NCBI GenBank assembly: GCA_031425655.1
Contig: JANPJS010000092.1
Location: 1 to 46,476, forward strand
DNA length: 46,476 nt
From: Abditibacteriaceae bacterium
Lineage (GTDB): Bacteria > Armatimonadota > Abditibacteriia > Abditibacteriales > Abditibacteriaceae
Direction of reading: 5' to 3'
Below the pieces are notes generated by a model. It saw only the letters and a list, made by a program, of their open reading frames with translations. It had not been told where the DNA came from and did no database searches. This document shows, piece by piece, positions 9,433 through 18,561 of the stretch (within the stretch, counting starts at the first letter, position 1; the number at the start of each line of letters is the position of its first letter). The position numbers and the translations under genes are program-made.

Positions 9433-10545
9433 TTACAACAGCGTGAGTTGCTCCGGCGGTTGGCCGTTGTGTTTGCGCAGCCAAGTCAGCAGGCTTTTCA
9501 TCGCCGAAGGTAAAGCCAAATGACCAATTTCGTCCCACTCGAACCATTCGCCGCCGTGCGGCTCGATTTCGATTTGAACCGCGAAACACGTCAACTCAAT
9601 ATGATGATGCGTGACGCCGTGCGAAATACTTTTTAAGGCCGCGCCGATGTTCGCTTCGACTCCGAATTCGTCGCGCAGCAGACGGCGTAAAGCGGCTTCG
9701 CAGCTTTCATCGCTTTGCGCCGTGACGCGCGGCAATTCCCACATTCCGCGCCACCAGATTTTGGCCTCGTGCGAACGCTGGCGCAGAAAAACCATATTAT
9801 CGCGCTGGATAAAAGCGCAGGCGTCGCGCAGTTCGATAAATGGGCGTTTGGTCGTGGCGTGCGGCAGTTCATTCTGACGATTGGCGGCAAAAGCGCCGCA
9901 AAAATCGGAAACCGGGCACGCTTCGCATTTCGGGGCGCGCGGCGTGCAGATTAAAGCGCCCAATTCCATTAAAGCCGGGTTCAGTTGCGACGGAATCGCG
10001 CCGCTGTTCGCTAATAGTTCGGCTTCGTGCCACAAACGCTTCTGGTTCGCGCCGTTTTTCAAGTCGCCTTCGAGCAAAAACAGGCGCGAAAAGACGCGCG
10101 CGACGTTGGCGTCCACAATCGGCGACGGCGCGTCGAACGCGATGCTGGTTACGGCTCCGGCGGTGTAGCGACCGACGCCGGGCAGGTTTAAAACGTCGCT
10201 TAATTCGCGCGGAAATTCGCCGCCGTGTCGCGTTGTCACAACTTGCGCCATCGCGTGCAGATTACGGGCGCGGCTGTAATAGCCAAGTCCGGCCCACAAC
10301 GGTAAAACTTCTTCAATTGAGGCGTCGGACAGGCTTTTTAACGTAGGAAAACGCTGGAGAAATCGCTGGTAAAAGGGCACAACGGCGGCGACTGTAGTTT
10401 GTTGTAACATTACTTCCGAGACCAAAACGCGATACGCATCGCGCGCATTTTCGGCGTTGCGCCACGGTAAATCGCGTTGCGCGCCGGCGAACCAAGCGCA
10501 TAATTTCGCAGCGAATTTCGCGCGGTCAAAATCACTTCTACTCAC
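9433..10545 (-). CDS. mutY: A/G-specific adenine glycosylase MutY
   Basis: RDLPWR, VSEVMLQQT, WAGLGYYSRARNLH, LPGVGRYTAGAV, VDANVARV, Fe-S motif CTPRAPKCEACPVSDFC, NUDIX-like C-terminal domain. Confidence 0.96.
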   Translation of the reverse strand: MSRSDFDRAKFAAKLCAWFAGAQRDLPWRNAENARDAYRVLVSEVMLQQTTVAAVVPFYQRFLQRFPTLKSLSDASIEEVLPLWAGLGYYSRARNLHAMAQVVTTRHGGEFPRELSDVLNLPGVGRYTAGAVTSIAFDAPSPIVDANVARVFSRLFLLEGDLKNGANQKRLWHEAELLANSGAIPSQLNPALMELGALICTPRAPKCEACPVSDFCGAFAANRQNELPHATTKRPFIELRDACAFIQRDNMVFLRQRSHEAKIWWRGMWELPRVTAQSDESCEAALRRLLRDEFGVEANIGAALKSISHGVTHHHIELTCFAVQIEIEPHGGEWFEWDEIGHLALPSAMKSLLTWLRKHNGQPPEQLTLL

Positions 10546-10551
10546 GCTTTC

Positions 10552-10557
10552 AGTTTA
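10552..10557 (-). promoter_or_regulatory. Candidate -10 box TAAACT 6 nt upstream of the mutY GTG (leaderless transcript)
   Basis: The minus strand reads ggcggTAAACTgaaagcGTG, and the same hexamer recurs upstream of many genes in the window. Confidence 0.55.
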
Positions 10558-10562
10558 CCGCC

Positions 10563-12194
10563 ATGCCAGTAGCCAACTCCGAAGAAACGCTTTATCTCAA
10601 AGAGCAACGCCGCTTTCGCCGTCTCGAAGCCTCGCTTCCGGTGTGGTTGGCCAGCGCCGACGATTTCGACCAACCCGGCGCCAAACCGTGGTCGCTGGGC
10701 TACACGCGCGATATTTCGATGGGCGGCTCCAAAGTTTTCGTGCCGACCGGCGAAGAAGAAAAATGGCGCGCCGGGCAGGCGAGTGGGGGCAAATGCCTGC
10801 TGCGTTTCGACATTCCCGGCTTGCACTCCGATGAATATGTGACCGGCCATGTGCGCCACATCGCGCGCGATAACGAGACCGGAAACTGCTGGCTGGGCGT
10901 GGAATTCGACGACGGCGCCGAACGCGCTCGCGGCGAAGTCATGCGCGCCGGTCTTAAAAGCATCAAGCAGCGGCGCGGGTTGCAATTCGGCCTCATTCTC
11001 ACTTTGGTGGTCATCGGTTTAGGCGGCTGGGTGATTAAAAGTCTGGCCGGGCGCAACGATGAATTGCGTGTTCTGATGCAGCGCGAAAATCGGCGCTTTA
11101 ACATTTTGTCGAGGCCGGGCTTAGTCGGAACGCGCGCCGAAGGCATCAGCGGTTTGTTTGAAAGTCAGGCGGTGCGCCAGCGCATTGACCAGTTGCAGGC
11201 GAACATGAGCCGCCTCAACAATCCCAAATTTCAGCAGGAAGCCGAACGCCAGCGCGAACAGGAACTCAACGAGTTGGGCTTTTTAAACCTGAAGCCGGTC
11301 CTCGGCGCGCAAGTTACGCTGGGTGTAGCGTGGCCGTATGGTTTTGCGTGGCCTCAAGTCACGCGCGATTTGGAAGAAGTTTTAGGGCGTCCGATTCCCT
11401 CGGTCGTGACATTTCGTGATTTCAAAGCGAATTTTCCCATGATTGACTGCCGCGAAGCGCGGGTGCGTGGCAAAACCCTGCAAATCACCTGGGAACCTTG
11501 GTATTTCAGCAATCCAAACGCGGTGAAAATGAGCGACATCGCGCGCGGCAAATGGGACAAATATATTGATAGCTGGGCCAACGCGGCGCGCAGTTTCGGC
11601 GGCGAATTGCATATTCGCTTTGGCCACGAATTCAACGGCAACTGGTATCCGTGGAGCGTGCCGGCTTTGAAGAAAAACGGGCAGGATGCCGGCGTTTATA
11701 TCGCGGCTTTTCGGCGTGTGCATGACCGCTTCACGCGCGCCGGAGCCGACAACGTGCGCTGGATTTGGTGCCTGAACGCCGAAAGCGTGCCCGACCAGCC
11801 GTGGAATTCGCCGCTGCGCGCTTATCCCGGCGATGCCTATGTAGACATCGTTTCGATTGACGGCTACAACTTCGGCACCGCTTTGCCCAACTCGCGCTGG
11901 CAAAGTTTCCGCGAAGTCTACACGCGCCCTTATACGATGATTTTGCGCAACGCCAGCCTCAAAAAGAAGCCACTGATGATCGGCGAAATCGGCTGCGCCA
12001 GTGTCGGCGGCGACAAAGCGCGCTGGATGCGCGACATGGACGAGCAACTGCGCGGCCCCTTTCGCAAAGTGTCGGGCATCGTCTGGTTCGAGGCCGCCAA
12101 AGAAGCCGATTGGCGCATGGTTTCTTCACCGCAAACCTTAACCGCCGCGCGCCAAATTTGGATTAAGGATCATTATCGGCGAGGAGAACCCTAA
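10563..12194 (+). CDS. PilZ domain - transmembrane helix - GH26 glycoside hydrolase fusion
   Basis: QRRFRR (RxxxR) and DISMGG (DxSxxG) PilZ motifs; TM FGLILTLVVIGLGGWVI; GH26 motifs ITWEPW, RFGHEFNGNWYPW, YPGDAYVDIVSIDGYN, PLMIGEIG. Confidence 0.85.
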   Translation: MPVANSEETLYLKEQRRFRRLEASLPVWLASADDFDQPGAKPWSLGYTRDISMGGSKVFVPTGEEEKWRAGQASGGKCLLRFDIPGLHSDEYVTGHVRHIARDNETGNCWLGVEFDDGAERARGEVMRAGLKSIKQRRGLQFGLILTLVVIGLGGWVIKSLAGRNDELRVLMQRENRRFNILSRPGLVGTRAEGISGLFESQAVRQRIDQLQANMSRLNNPKFQQEAERQREQELNELGFLNLKPVLGAQVTLGVAWPYGFAWPQVTRDLEEVLGRPIPSVVTFRDFKANFPMIDCREARVRGKTLQITWEPWYFSNPNAVKMSDIARGKWDKYIDSWANAARSFGGELHIRFGHEFNGNWYPWSVPALKKNGQDAGVYIAAFRRVHDRFTRAGADNVRWIWCLNAESVPDQPWNSPLRAYPGDAYVDIVSIDGYNFGTALPNSRWQSFREVYTRPYTMILRNASLKKKPLMIGEIGCASVGGDKARWMRDMDEQLRGPFRKVSGIVWFEAAKEADWRMVSSPQTLTAARQIWIKDHYRRGEP

Positions 12195-12199
12195 ACGGC

Positions 12200-12637
12200 A
12201 GTTTTGAGTTTTGAATTTTTAGTTTTGAGTTAGCGCGCAGTCTTATGGCAGACAGCATTATTCAGCAGAAGTCCTACGACTTTGCGCTTTCCATCATTCA
12301 GCTTTATATGGATTTGCAAAACCAGCGGGAATTCGTTTTATCGCGGCAACTACTTCGCAGTGGAACGAGCATCGGTGCGAATGTCGAAGAAGCATTAGCA
12401 GGGCAATCGCGAGCCGACTTTATTGCCAAGATGTCAATTGCTTCAAAGGAAGCCAGAGAATCTAACTACTGGTTGCGTTTGCTCCGCGACTCAAAATTGA
12501 CATCGGTTGACGTATCGCCTCAGCTTTCACAATCGGAAGAACTCGTGCGAATACTGACTTCGATTGTGAAGTCCACTAAGCAAAATTCATAATTTGATGC
12601 TGAGTAACTCAAAACTCAAAATTCAAAACTCAAAACT
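12200..12637. mobile_element. Putative cassette: four-helix-bundle gene enclosed by 33-bp inverted heptamer arms
   Basis: Arms at 12200-12232 (agttttg)n and 12605-12637 (caaaact)n are complementary at 32/33 positions. Mobility is inferred, not shown. Confidence 0.6.
12245..12592 (+). CDS. Four helix bundle protein (TIGR02436 / 23S rRNA IVS protein-like)
   Basis: KSYDFAL.II.LY, LSRQLLRSGTSIGANVEEA, SRADFIAKMSIASKEARESNYWLRLL; visibly AT-richer than its neighbours. Confidence 0.95.
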   Translation: MADSIIQQKSYDFALSIIQLYMDLQNQREFVLSRQLLRSGTSIGANVEEALAGQSRADFIAKMSIASKEARESNYWLRLLRDSKLTSVDVSPQLSQSEELVRILTSIVKSTKQNS

Positions 12638-13603
12638 ATGAAGGTCGTTCTCGAATCTCGCACTTACTCAGTGAAAGCGCATGACGAACTGATGCGCCAG
12701 TGGGACGAAGTGCGCTTCGAGCCGGGGCCGCTGAGCTTGGATTTGCGGCGCATCGGCTTCATTGATCCGTTTTCGATGTGCGCGCTTGTGCTTTTCCTCA
12801 ATCATCTGCCGTCCGAAGCTTTGCCGGTGAAATTAACTCTTCCCGGATGGCCGCCGCAAGGCGCGTTGCAAACTACCAAGCCGAGCGAAAAAAGCGCTCT
12901 TGAAACCGTGGCTAACGGCCCGGTTTCGTATCTCACGCGCATGGGTTTCTGGGACTTGGTGCGCGACCGCCTGGATTGCAGAGAAAACCAAATCCCCGTC
13001 TGGCCCAGCGATTTGCCGGAGCGCAAAGCTTTGCTCGATTTAACCGTCATGCATTCGCACGACGCCATCAGCGTGATGCTGCGCAAAACCGGCGAGATTT
13101 TGCAGGGCATCGGTTACAGCGTGATGGGCCGCGCCCATGTTTTAGAAGTGCTGTCGGAGCTTTGCTCGAACGTGCTTTTGCACGCTCAAGCCGAGTTCGG
13201 CGGCATCGCGGCGATGCAAACTTATCGCAACCGGCAGGGCACGCGCTATTTGGTCATCGGCATCGGCGACATGGGCATCGGAATGCGCGCCAGCCTTGCC
13301 GCCAACGAAAAATTCGCCGACCGACTTGATAGCGACACGCAGGCATTAAGCGTTGCGCTGCAAATGGGCGCCTCGCGTTTTGCAACCGGCGGACACGGCG
13401 GCGGCTTGCCGCGCGTGATGGAAATCGCGCGCCGTTACGGAGGCCGCGTGGCTTTGCGTTCGGGCATGGGCGCGCTTGCTTTCAACGGCAGCGACGAGCA
13501 AAAACGCTTGTTCGACGCGCCGCCGTTTCAAGGCACGCATTTGCGAATCGTGCTGCCCGAAGCCAAATTAAAAGCCGCCAAAGACGCGCCGGAATCAAAA
13601 TGA
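12638..13603 (+). CDS. ATP-binding protein: STAS-like N-terminus plus HATPase_c (anti-sigma/Ser kinase-like) domain
   Basis: LDLRRIGFIDP, SYLTRMGF, LSELCSNVLLHA, IGDMGIGMRASL and HGGGL motifs; no HisKA H-box. Confidence 0.75.
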   Translation: MKVVLESRTYSVKAHDELMRQWDEVRFEPGPLSLDLRRIGFIDPFSMCALVLFLNHLPSEALPVKLTLPGWPPQGALQTTKPSEKSALETVANGPVSYLTRMGFWDLVRDRLDCRENQIPVWPSDLPERKALLDLTVMHSHDAISVMLRKTGEILQGIGYSVMGRAHVLEVLSELCSNVLLHAQAEFGGIAAMQTYRNRQGTRYLVIGIGDMGIGMRASLAANEKFADRLDSDTQALSVALQMGASRFATGGHGGGLPRVMEIARRYGGRVALRSGMGALAFNGSDEQKRLFDAPPFQGTHLRIVLPEAKLKAAKDAPESK

Positions 13604-14457
13604 AAATTCTCGAAATCGCAAGCCGCAATAAATTCTGCTTCGTGCCTGTGCTGCTGATTTCTGCGGCTGTGGCCAAGCCGCACAAAGCGACACCGGCAAC
13701 GCCGGACACGCCGCGCTTCGTAATAGATGCCTCGCGTGGTTACTTGCTCGGCGCCAGCAAAGGCGGGCGCTGGGTCAAGGCGAAAATCGCCCGGCAATGG
13801 CTGCGAGGCGGCGAAAAATACACGCTTTACGACGCCAATCGCGTTGTGGGCACCGCCACGGGCGGCAAAGCTGATTTGCAAGGTGCGCCGTGCGAAGAAA
13901 CGTATTTCGTGCCTATGAAGGGTGCCGCGACGAAGCGCGTGAGCAGCATCGCGCTTTCCAATTCGGCCTCACGACCGCTGCGCCCGGTCAGTGAATTAAG
14001 CGCCTCGCAGCCGGTTTACCGCGCCGAAGTGATGAAATGGCTGCGGGCGCACGGTTTGAAGAATCCCAGTGTCAACATCGTCAAAATTTGGCGCGCCGAT
14101 CTGGATGGCGATGGCACGAATGAAGTGCTGATTTCCGCCGTGCGCCATCAGGGCAAAGCCGGGCCGGTCGGAAACATGAGTCCCAACGCGACAGCCGGCG
14201 ATTACTCGGTGCTCTTGCTGCGCCGCGTCACGAAAAAGGGTGTGCAAACCGTGGCGATGGATAGCCAAATCTATCCGCAGGCCAAAACTTTCAGTGCGCC
14301 AACGATCCACGAATTAATGTCGCTGCTCGATCTCAACGGCGACGGGCGCTTGGAAATCGTGGTGCGCGGGCGTTATTACGAAGGCGATTGGACGAGCGTT
14401 TACGAATATCTAAATGGCGCTGCACGCGAAGTGATCGGCGCCGGCTGCGGGGCGTGA
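13600..14457 (+). CDS. Secreted hypothetical protein with DxDGDG (FG-GAP/Ca-binding-like) motifs
   Basis: Signal peptide; ADLDGDGTNEVLI and DLNGDGRLEIVV; ATGA overlap with the previous gene. Confidence 0.75.
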   Translation: MKILEIASRNKFCFVPVLLISAAVAKPHKATPATPDTPRFVIDASRGYLLGASKGGRWVKAKIARQWLRGGEKYTLYDANRVVGTATGGKADLQGAPCEETYFVPMKGAATKRVSSIALSNSASRPLRPVSELSASQPVYRAEVMKWLRAHGLKNPSVNIVKIWRADLDGDGTNEVLISAVRHQGKAGPVGNMSPNATAGDYSVLLLRRVTKKGVQTVAMDSQIYPQAKTFSAPTIHELMSLLDLNGDGRLEIVVRGRYYEGDWTSVYEYLNGAAREVIGAGCGA

Positions 14458-14511
14458 CTGGATGCTGGATTCTTGATGCTGGATAGTCTGCATCGAGCAT
14501 CGAGCATCAAG
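14458..14511. repeat. Empty inverted heptamer array (ctggatg / catcgag family)
   Basis: ctggatg ctggatt cttgatg ctggata ... catcgag catcgag catcaag, between a stop codon and the next RBS. Confidence 0.8.
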
Positions 14512-14521
14512 AAAGGAACTC

Positions 14522-15571
14522 ATGTTTAAAGTAGGCTTGATTGGCGTCGGGCGCAAAGCGCTGACGATTGATGACGAAACGCGTTGGCTGCTGAATTACG
14601 ACTATCTGCCGTGTTCACACGCGGCGGCTCATTCGGCGTGTTCGGAAACGCAAGTCGTGGCGATTGCCAATCCGGGTTTGGATGCGCTTGCGGCCTATCA
14701 AGAACGCTTCGGCGCGGTGCGTGTTTACATCGATGCGCGCGAAATGCTGCAAGAAGAATCGCTGGATATCGTGAGCATCGCTACGCACGCGCATTTGCAC
14801 GCTGAATTGACGGTTTTAGCGGCTAAATCCGGCGTCAAAGGCGTGCTTTGCGAAAAAGCGATGGCGACTTCGTTAGCCGAATGCGATGCCATGATTGCGG
14901 CTTGCGCCCAAAGCAACACCAAGCTGCTGATTAACCATCCGCGCCGCTTTCATCCCGTTTTCGAGATGGCAAAACAGCTCATCGCCGAGGGCGCGATTGG
15001 CCGCGTTGCGATGGTCGAATGCTTCGGCTACGGCAAATTAATGCACAACGGCAGCCACGCTTTCGATGTTTTGACCGACTTTTTCGGCCCCGCCGCGTGG
15101 GTGCAGGGCGAACTCATCGAAACCGACGACCAAGCCGATCCCGACGGGCGCGGCCTCGTAAAAATGCGTAACGGCGTCACAGCTTTGGTAGATTTCGCGT
15201 CGGTTCAGCCGTTCACTTTCACCTTTCGCGGCGACGGCGGCTCGCTGACCATTGACCAATTCGAGGAAGGCTTGGAAATCACGCTTTACGAGTTGCAAGA
15301 TCAACGTCCGGCCCGTCCGTGGTTCAGCTATTCGCCCAAACGCGCCGTCCGTCGTCGCTATCACGCGCCGCAGAGCTTTGTTCTGCCGATGCAGGCCGCT
15401 GTCGAAGAATTAGCTGGGGCCATCCGCGAAAACCGCGCGCCGCGTTCGAGCGGAAACGACAACCGCGCCGCGATAGAAATGGGCATCGCGCTGCACGCTT
15501 CGGCAGAGCAGGGCGGCGTTCGCGTCGAACTGCCCTTTGGTGATTTGGAAAAGCGCGTCGTTTCGCGCTGA
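14522..15571 (+). CDS. Gfo/Idh/MocA family oxidoreductase
   Basis: VGLIGVG, DIVSIAT..HLH, VLCEKAMA, RRFHP, HNGSHAFD. Confidence 0.92.
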   Translation: MFKVGLIGVGRKALTIDDETRWLLNYDYLPCSHAAAHSACSETQVVAIANPGLDALAAYQERFGAVRVYIDAREMLQEESLDIVSIATHAHLHAELTVLAAKSGVKGVLCEKAMATSLAECDAMIAACAQSNTKLLINHPRRFHPVFEMAKQLIAEGAIGRVAMVECFGYGKLMHNGSHAFDVLTDFFGPAAWVQGELIETDDQADPDGRGLVKMRNGVTALVDFASVQPFTFTFRGDGGSLTIDQFEEGLEITLYELQDQRPARPWFSYSPKRAVRRRYHAPQSFVLPMQAAVEELAGAIRENRAPRSSGNDNRAAIEMGIALHASAEQGGVRVELPFGDLEKRVVSR

Positions 15572-15640
15572 AATAAATGTTTAGGATTTTGCCTGTCTGG
15601 ATATAATCCAAACGACTCATTGATCCCAAAGGAAACTACC

Positions 15641-16435
15641 ATGAAAACGAAGTTCGGTGCCCACCAGCGTAAAGCGTTCACCCTGATTGAACTGTTAGTC
15701 GTCATAGCGATCATCGCTTTGCTCGCGGCTATTTTGTTCCCGGTTTTCGCCCGTGCGCGCGAAAATGCGCGCAAGTCGTCCTGTGGCAATAACATGAAGC
15801 AGATCGGCCTCGGTATAGCGCAATATACCCAGGATTACGATGAGATGATGCCCATTCGCCGGGCCTCCGATGGTGCACAGCCGGGTGGCGGTTGGCCGGT
15901 AGTCATGCAGCCATATATCAAGAACGTGCAACTTTTCAAGTGTCCTTCCGACACTTCCACTCCTGCGGCAGGGAGAAGCACCAACTCTTACGCCATGCAC
16001 CATGATCACATTAATGGCGGCGTGAGCATCGCAGATTTTACGGCAACGGCCCAAACCATAGTGGTCACCGAGATTCGTGGTGCATCATTAGACTTTACCA
16101 ACACTGCCATTGCCGTCTATGACAACGATTCTCTGATATTGGGCACATCAGGATGGGGCGCTCTTACGCGCATGGGCAATGCTTTCAATAGCGCCGGCAG
16201 TGAGACTGACCCCAATAATAGGTATAGCGCGCTGCGCACTGCACACCTTGATGGCGCCAACTACCTTGCGGCAGATGGCCACGTTAAATTCACCAGACCC
16301 AGTCAAATTTGCGCGGGCCGCACTGCGCCTGCCACAACAAGCGGGCCTGTGCCCAGCGGTGGGACTGGCGGCAATGCTCATGGCACCGCCTACACCGGCG
16401 CCAATAAGTGCGCCTTGACGATGAGTCGCTTATAA
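15641..16435 (+). CDS. Prepilin-type N-terminal cleavage/methylation protein, DUF1559 with H-X9-DG motif
   Basis: [44 protein letters not shown] and [18 protein letters not shown] 15641 follows an AAGGA RBS, with TATAAT at 15602-15607. Confidence 0.93.
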   Translation: MKTKFGAHQRKAFTLIELLVVIAIIALLAAILFPVFARARENARKSSCGNNMKQIGLGIAQYTQDYDEMMPIRRASDGAQPGGGWPVVMQPYIKNVQLFKCPSDTSTPAAGRSTNSYAMHHDHINGGVSIADFTATAQTIVVTEIRGASLDFTNTAIAVYDNDSLILGTSGWGALTRMGNAFNSAGSETDPNNRYSALRTAHLDGANYLAADGHVKFTRPSQICAGRTAPATTSGPVPSGGTGGNAHGTAYTGANKCALTMSRL

Positions 16436-16496
16436 CGTCGTCCACCCTTCTGCAAGCCGGTGCCGAGCACAACGGTGCCGCTCGTAAATGACTTTC

Positions 16497-16536
16497 CGAC
16501 ACGTTTCAGCGCGTCGTTTCGCGCTGAAACGTGTCG
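16497..16536. terminator. Perfect 17-bp hairpin between the prepilin-like and oxidoreductase genes
   Basis: cgacacgtttcagcgcg-tcgttt-cgcgctgaaacgtgtcg; lacks a clear U-tract. Confidence 0.5.
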
Positions 16537-16545
16537 AAACGTGCT

Positions 16546-17892
16546 ATGCAAACTTCACGCAGAGTTTTTCTTGGACAAATGGCCGCCGCAACGGTGGCCG
16601 CGCCCATCGCTGGGCGCGAATTGGCGGCGCAGGCTCAGGCGCCGAATAACGTTATTCGTCACGCCAGTTTTGGCTGCAACGGCATGGCGTTCGCCGATGT
16701 GCAGGCGCTGGCTTCGCATCCCGCGATCAAAGTCGTGGCCGGGTGCGACGTGGATGCCAGTCGCACCGCGGATTTCCGCAAGCGTTTTCCCGAAGCGCGC
16801 ATTTACAGCGATTATCGTGAATTGCTCGACAAAGAAAAGGATTTGCACTCCGTCAATGTGTCAACGCCCGACCATATGCACGCGCCGATTGGCATGGCCT
16901 CAATGCAGCGCGGGTTGCACGTTTATGGGCAAAAGCCGCTGACTCACAATCTTTACGAGGCGCGCCGCTTAACCGAATATGCGCGCGAAAAAAAGCTCGT
17001 CACGCAGATGGGCATTCAAATTCACAGCGGCCCCGGCTATCGCACGGCGGTTTCCGCGATTCAAAAAGGCGTCATCGGCAAAGTGAAGGAAGTCCACTCG
17101 TGGAGCGACAAAAAATGGGGCGACAACGGCGCTATTCCCGTCCGCGTTGATCCGGTTCCCGCTAATCTCGACTGGGACAAATGGCTCGGCGTGGCCGCAG
17201 AGCGTCCTTTCATCAACGGCTTTTATCATCCCGGCGATTGGCGCAAACGCCTCGATTTCGGGACGGGGACTTTTGGCGATATGGGCTGCCATATTTACGA
17301 TCCGGTCTTCAACGCGTTAGCCCTGACTGCGCCGATCAGCGTGCGCAGCGAAGGCGCCGCGCCCAACGCGCATTCGTGGGCGACCGATGCCGTTGTGCAT
17401 TACATATTTCCCGGCACGGCTTTCACCGACGGCCAAACCGTGCAAGTAACGTGGTATGACGGCGACCGCAAGCCGCCCGCCGACCTCCTGACTCCGTATC
17501 GCGCCAAAGACGCCGCGCCCGACGACCGGCGATATACATTTCCCGAACAAGGCAGCGTTTTTATCGGCACCAAAGGCGCCATGATTTTGCAGCACATCGC
17601 CATGCCGCGCCTCATCGGCGACGAAGTGAAAGATACGGTCATTGAACAAGTGCGAGGCACCGACCACTGGCATCAGTTCGTGGACGCGATTTTAGGAAAA
17701 ACCCAAACCAGCGCCAATTTCGATTACGCCGGGCCGCTGACCGAAGCGATTTTGTTGGGCACCGTCGCCTCGCGCTTCCCCAAAACCACGCTGCAATGGG
17801 ACGTGGCCAACATGAAATTCCCCAACGTGCCCGAAGCCGATCAATATGTGCGCCGCGCTTATCGCAAAGGCTGGGAAGTCAAAGGGCTTTAA
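16546..17892 (+). CDS. Tat-exported Gfo/Idh/MocA family oxidoreductase
   Basis: SRRVFLG twin-arginine signal; VSTPDHMHA, HVYGQKPLTH, LDWDKWLG, WRKRLDFGTGTFGDMGCH. Confidence 0.92.
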   Translation: MQTSRRVFLGQMAAATVAAPIAGRELAAQAQAPNNVIRHASFGCNGMAFADVQALASHPAIKVVAGCDVDASRTADFRKRFPEARIYSDYRELLDKEKDLHSVNVSTPDHMHAPIGMASMQRGLHVYGQKPLTHNLYEARRLTEYAREKKLVTQMGIQIHSGPGYRTAVSAIQKGVIGKVKEVHSWSDKKWGDNGAIPVRVDPVPANLDWDKWLGVAAERPFINGFYHPGDWRKRLDFGTGTFGDMGCHIYDPVFNALALTAPISVRSEGAAPNAHSWATDAVVHYIFPGTAFTDGQTVQVTWYDGDRKPPADLLTPYRAKDAAPDDRRYTFPEQGSVFIGTKGAMILQHIAMPRLIGDEVKDTVIEQVRGTDHWHQFVDAILGKTQTSANFDYAGPLTEAILLGTVASRFPKTTLQWDVANMKFPNVPEADQYVRRAYRKGWEVKGL

Positions 17893-17945
17893 AGTGTGAA
17901 GTGCGAAATGCGGAGTGCGGAATATTCAATTCGCACTCCGCATTT
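17893..17945. repeat. Inverted heptamer array (agtgcgg family) left of Uma2
   Basis: agtgtga agtgcga aatgcgg agtgcgg aat ... attcgc actccgc attt. Confidence 0.85.
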
Positions 17946-17962
17946 ATTTTGTCGGGCTGAAT

Positions 17963-18526
17963 TTACGAAAAAATCTCGTTGACCGGGCACTCGAAGCCGG
18001 GCAATACCTCGCCGCCGCTGATAATGTCGCCGCGTCGCAGAATTTGAGCTTGCGAGGCCGAGACGTGAATGTGAATCGTTTTGGAGGTTGGATAAGCGAT
18101 CCAAACTTGCCGCGTGCCGCCCTCGAACCAATCCTGAATTTCGGCTTCGATTTCTTCGGCGCGGTCGCCCGGCGAAACGACTTCGACCGCTAAATCCGGC
18201 GCGCAGGGGCAGAATTTTTGTGTGATCTTGCCACCGATGCTTTGTAGCGTGGCATTAGAAACGAAAGCCACATCGGGAGCGCGCACTACGTCGGGATTAC
18301 GGCGCAGAATAAATCCAGTCCCACCTGCGACAACCTTTCCCACCATCACACACTTGACGTATGAATTGAGCAACGCGCCGATAGCGGCAGCGATAACGCC
18401 ATGCTCGGCTCCGTGAAACGGCAAGCGATGCACAACTCCGCGCACGAGTTCAGCTCGACACGACGGGAAAGACATTTCGAAAAACTCGTCTGCTGTCACC
18501 AATTTTTCCAGAGTTGCCGTGTCCAT
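17963..18526 (-). CDS. Uma2 family (DUF820) endonuclease
   Basis: ELVRG, VRAPDVAFVS, APDLAVEVVSPGD, GGEVLPGFECPVNEIF; GAGGT RBS. Confidence 0.93.
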   Translation of the reverse strand: MDTATLEKLVTADEFFEMSFPSCRAELVRGVVHRLPFHGAEHGVIAAAIGALLNSYVKCVMVGKVVAGGTGFILRRNPDVVRAPDVAFVSNATLQSIGGKITQKFCPCAPDLAVEVVSPGDRAEEIEAEIQDWFEGGTRQVWIAYPTSKTIHIHVSASQAQILRRGDIISGGEVLPGFECPVNEIFS

Positions 18527-18561
18527 CGTGTTACCTCACTGCTATCTTACAACGCAGTTTA

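Noticed and set aside
12245..12592. Diversity-generating retroelement (Avd-like protein) or 23S rRNA IVS
   Set aside because: No reverse transcriptase, no TR/VR pair with adenine-specific mismatches, and no rRNA sequence in the window.
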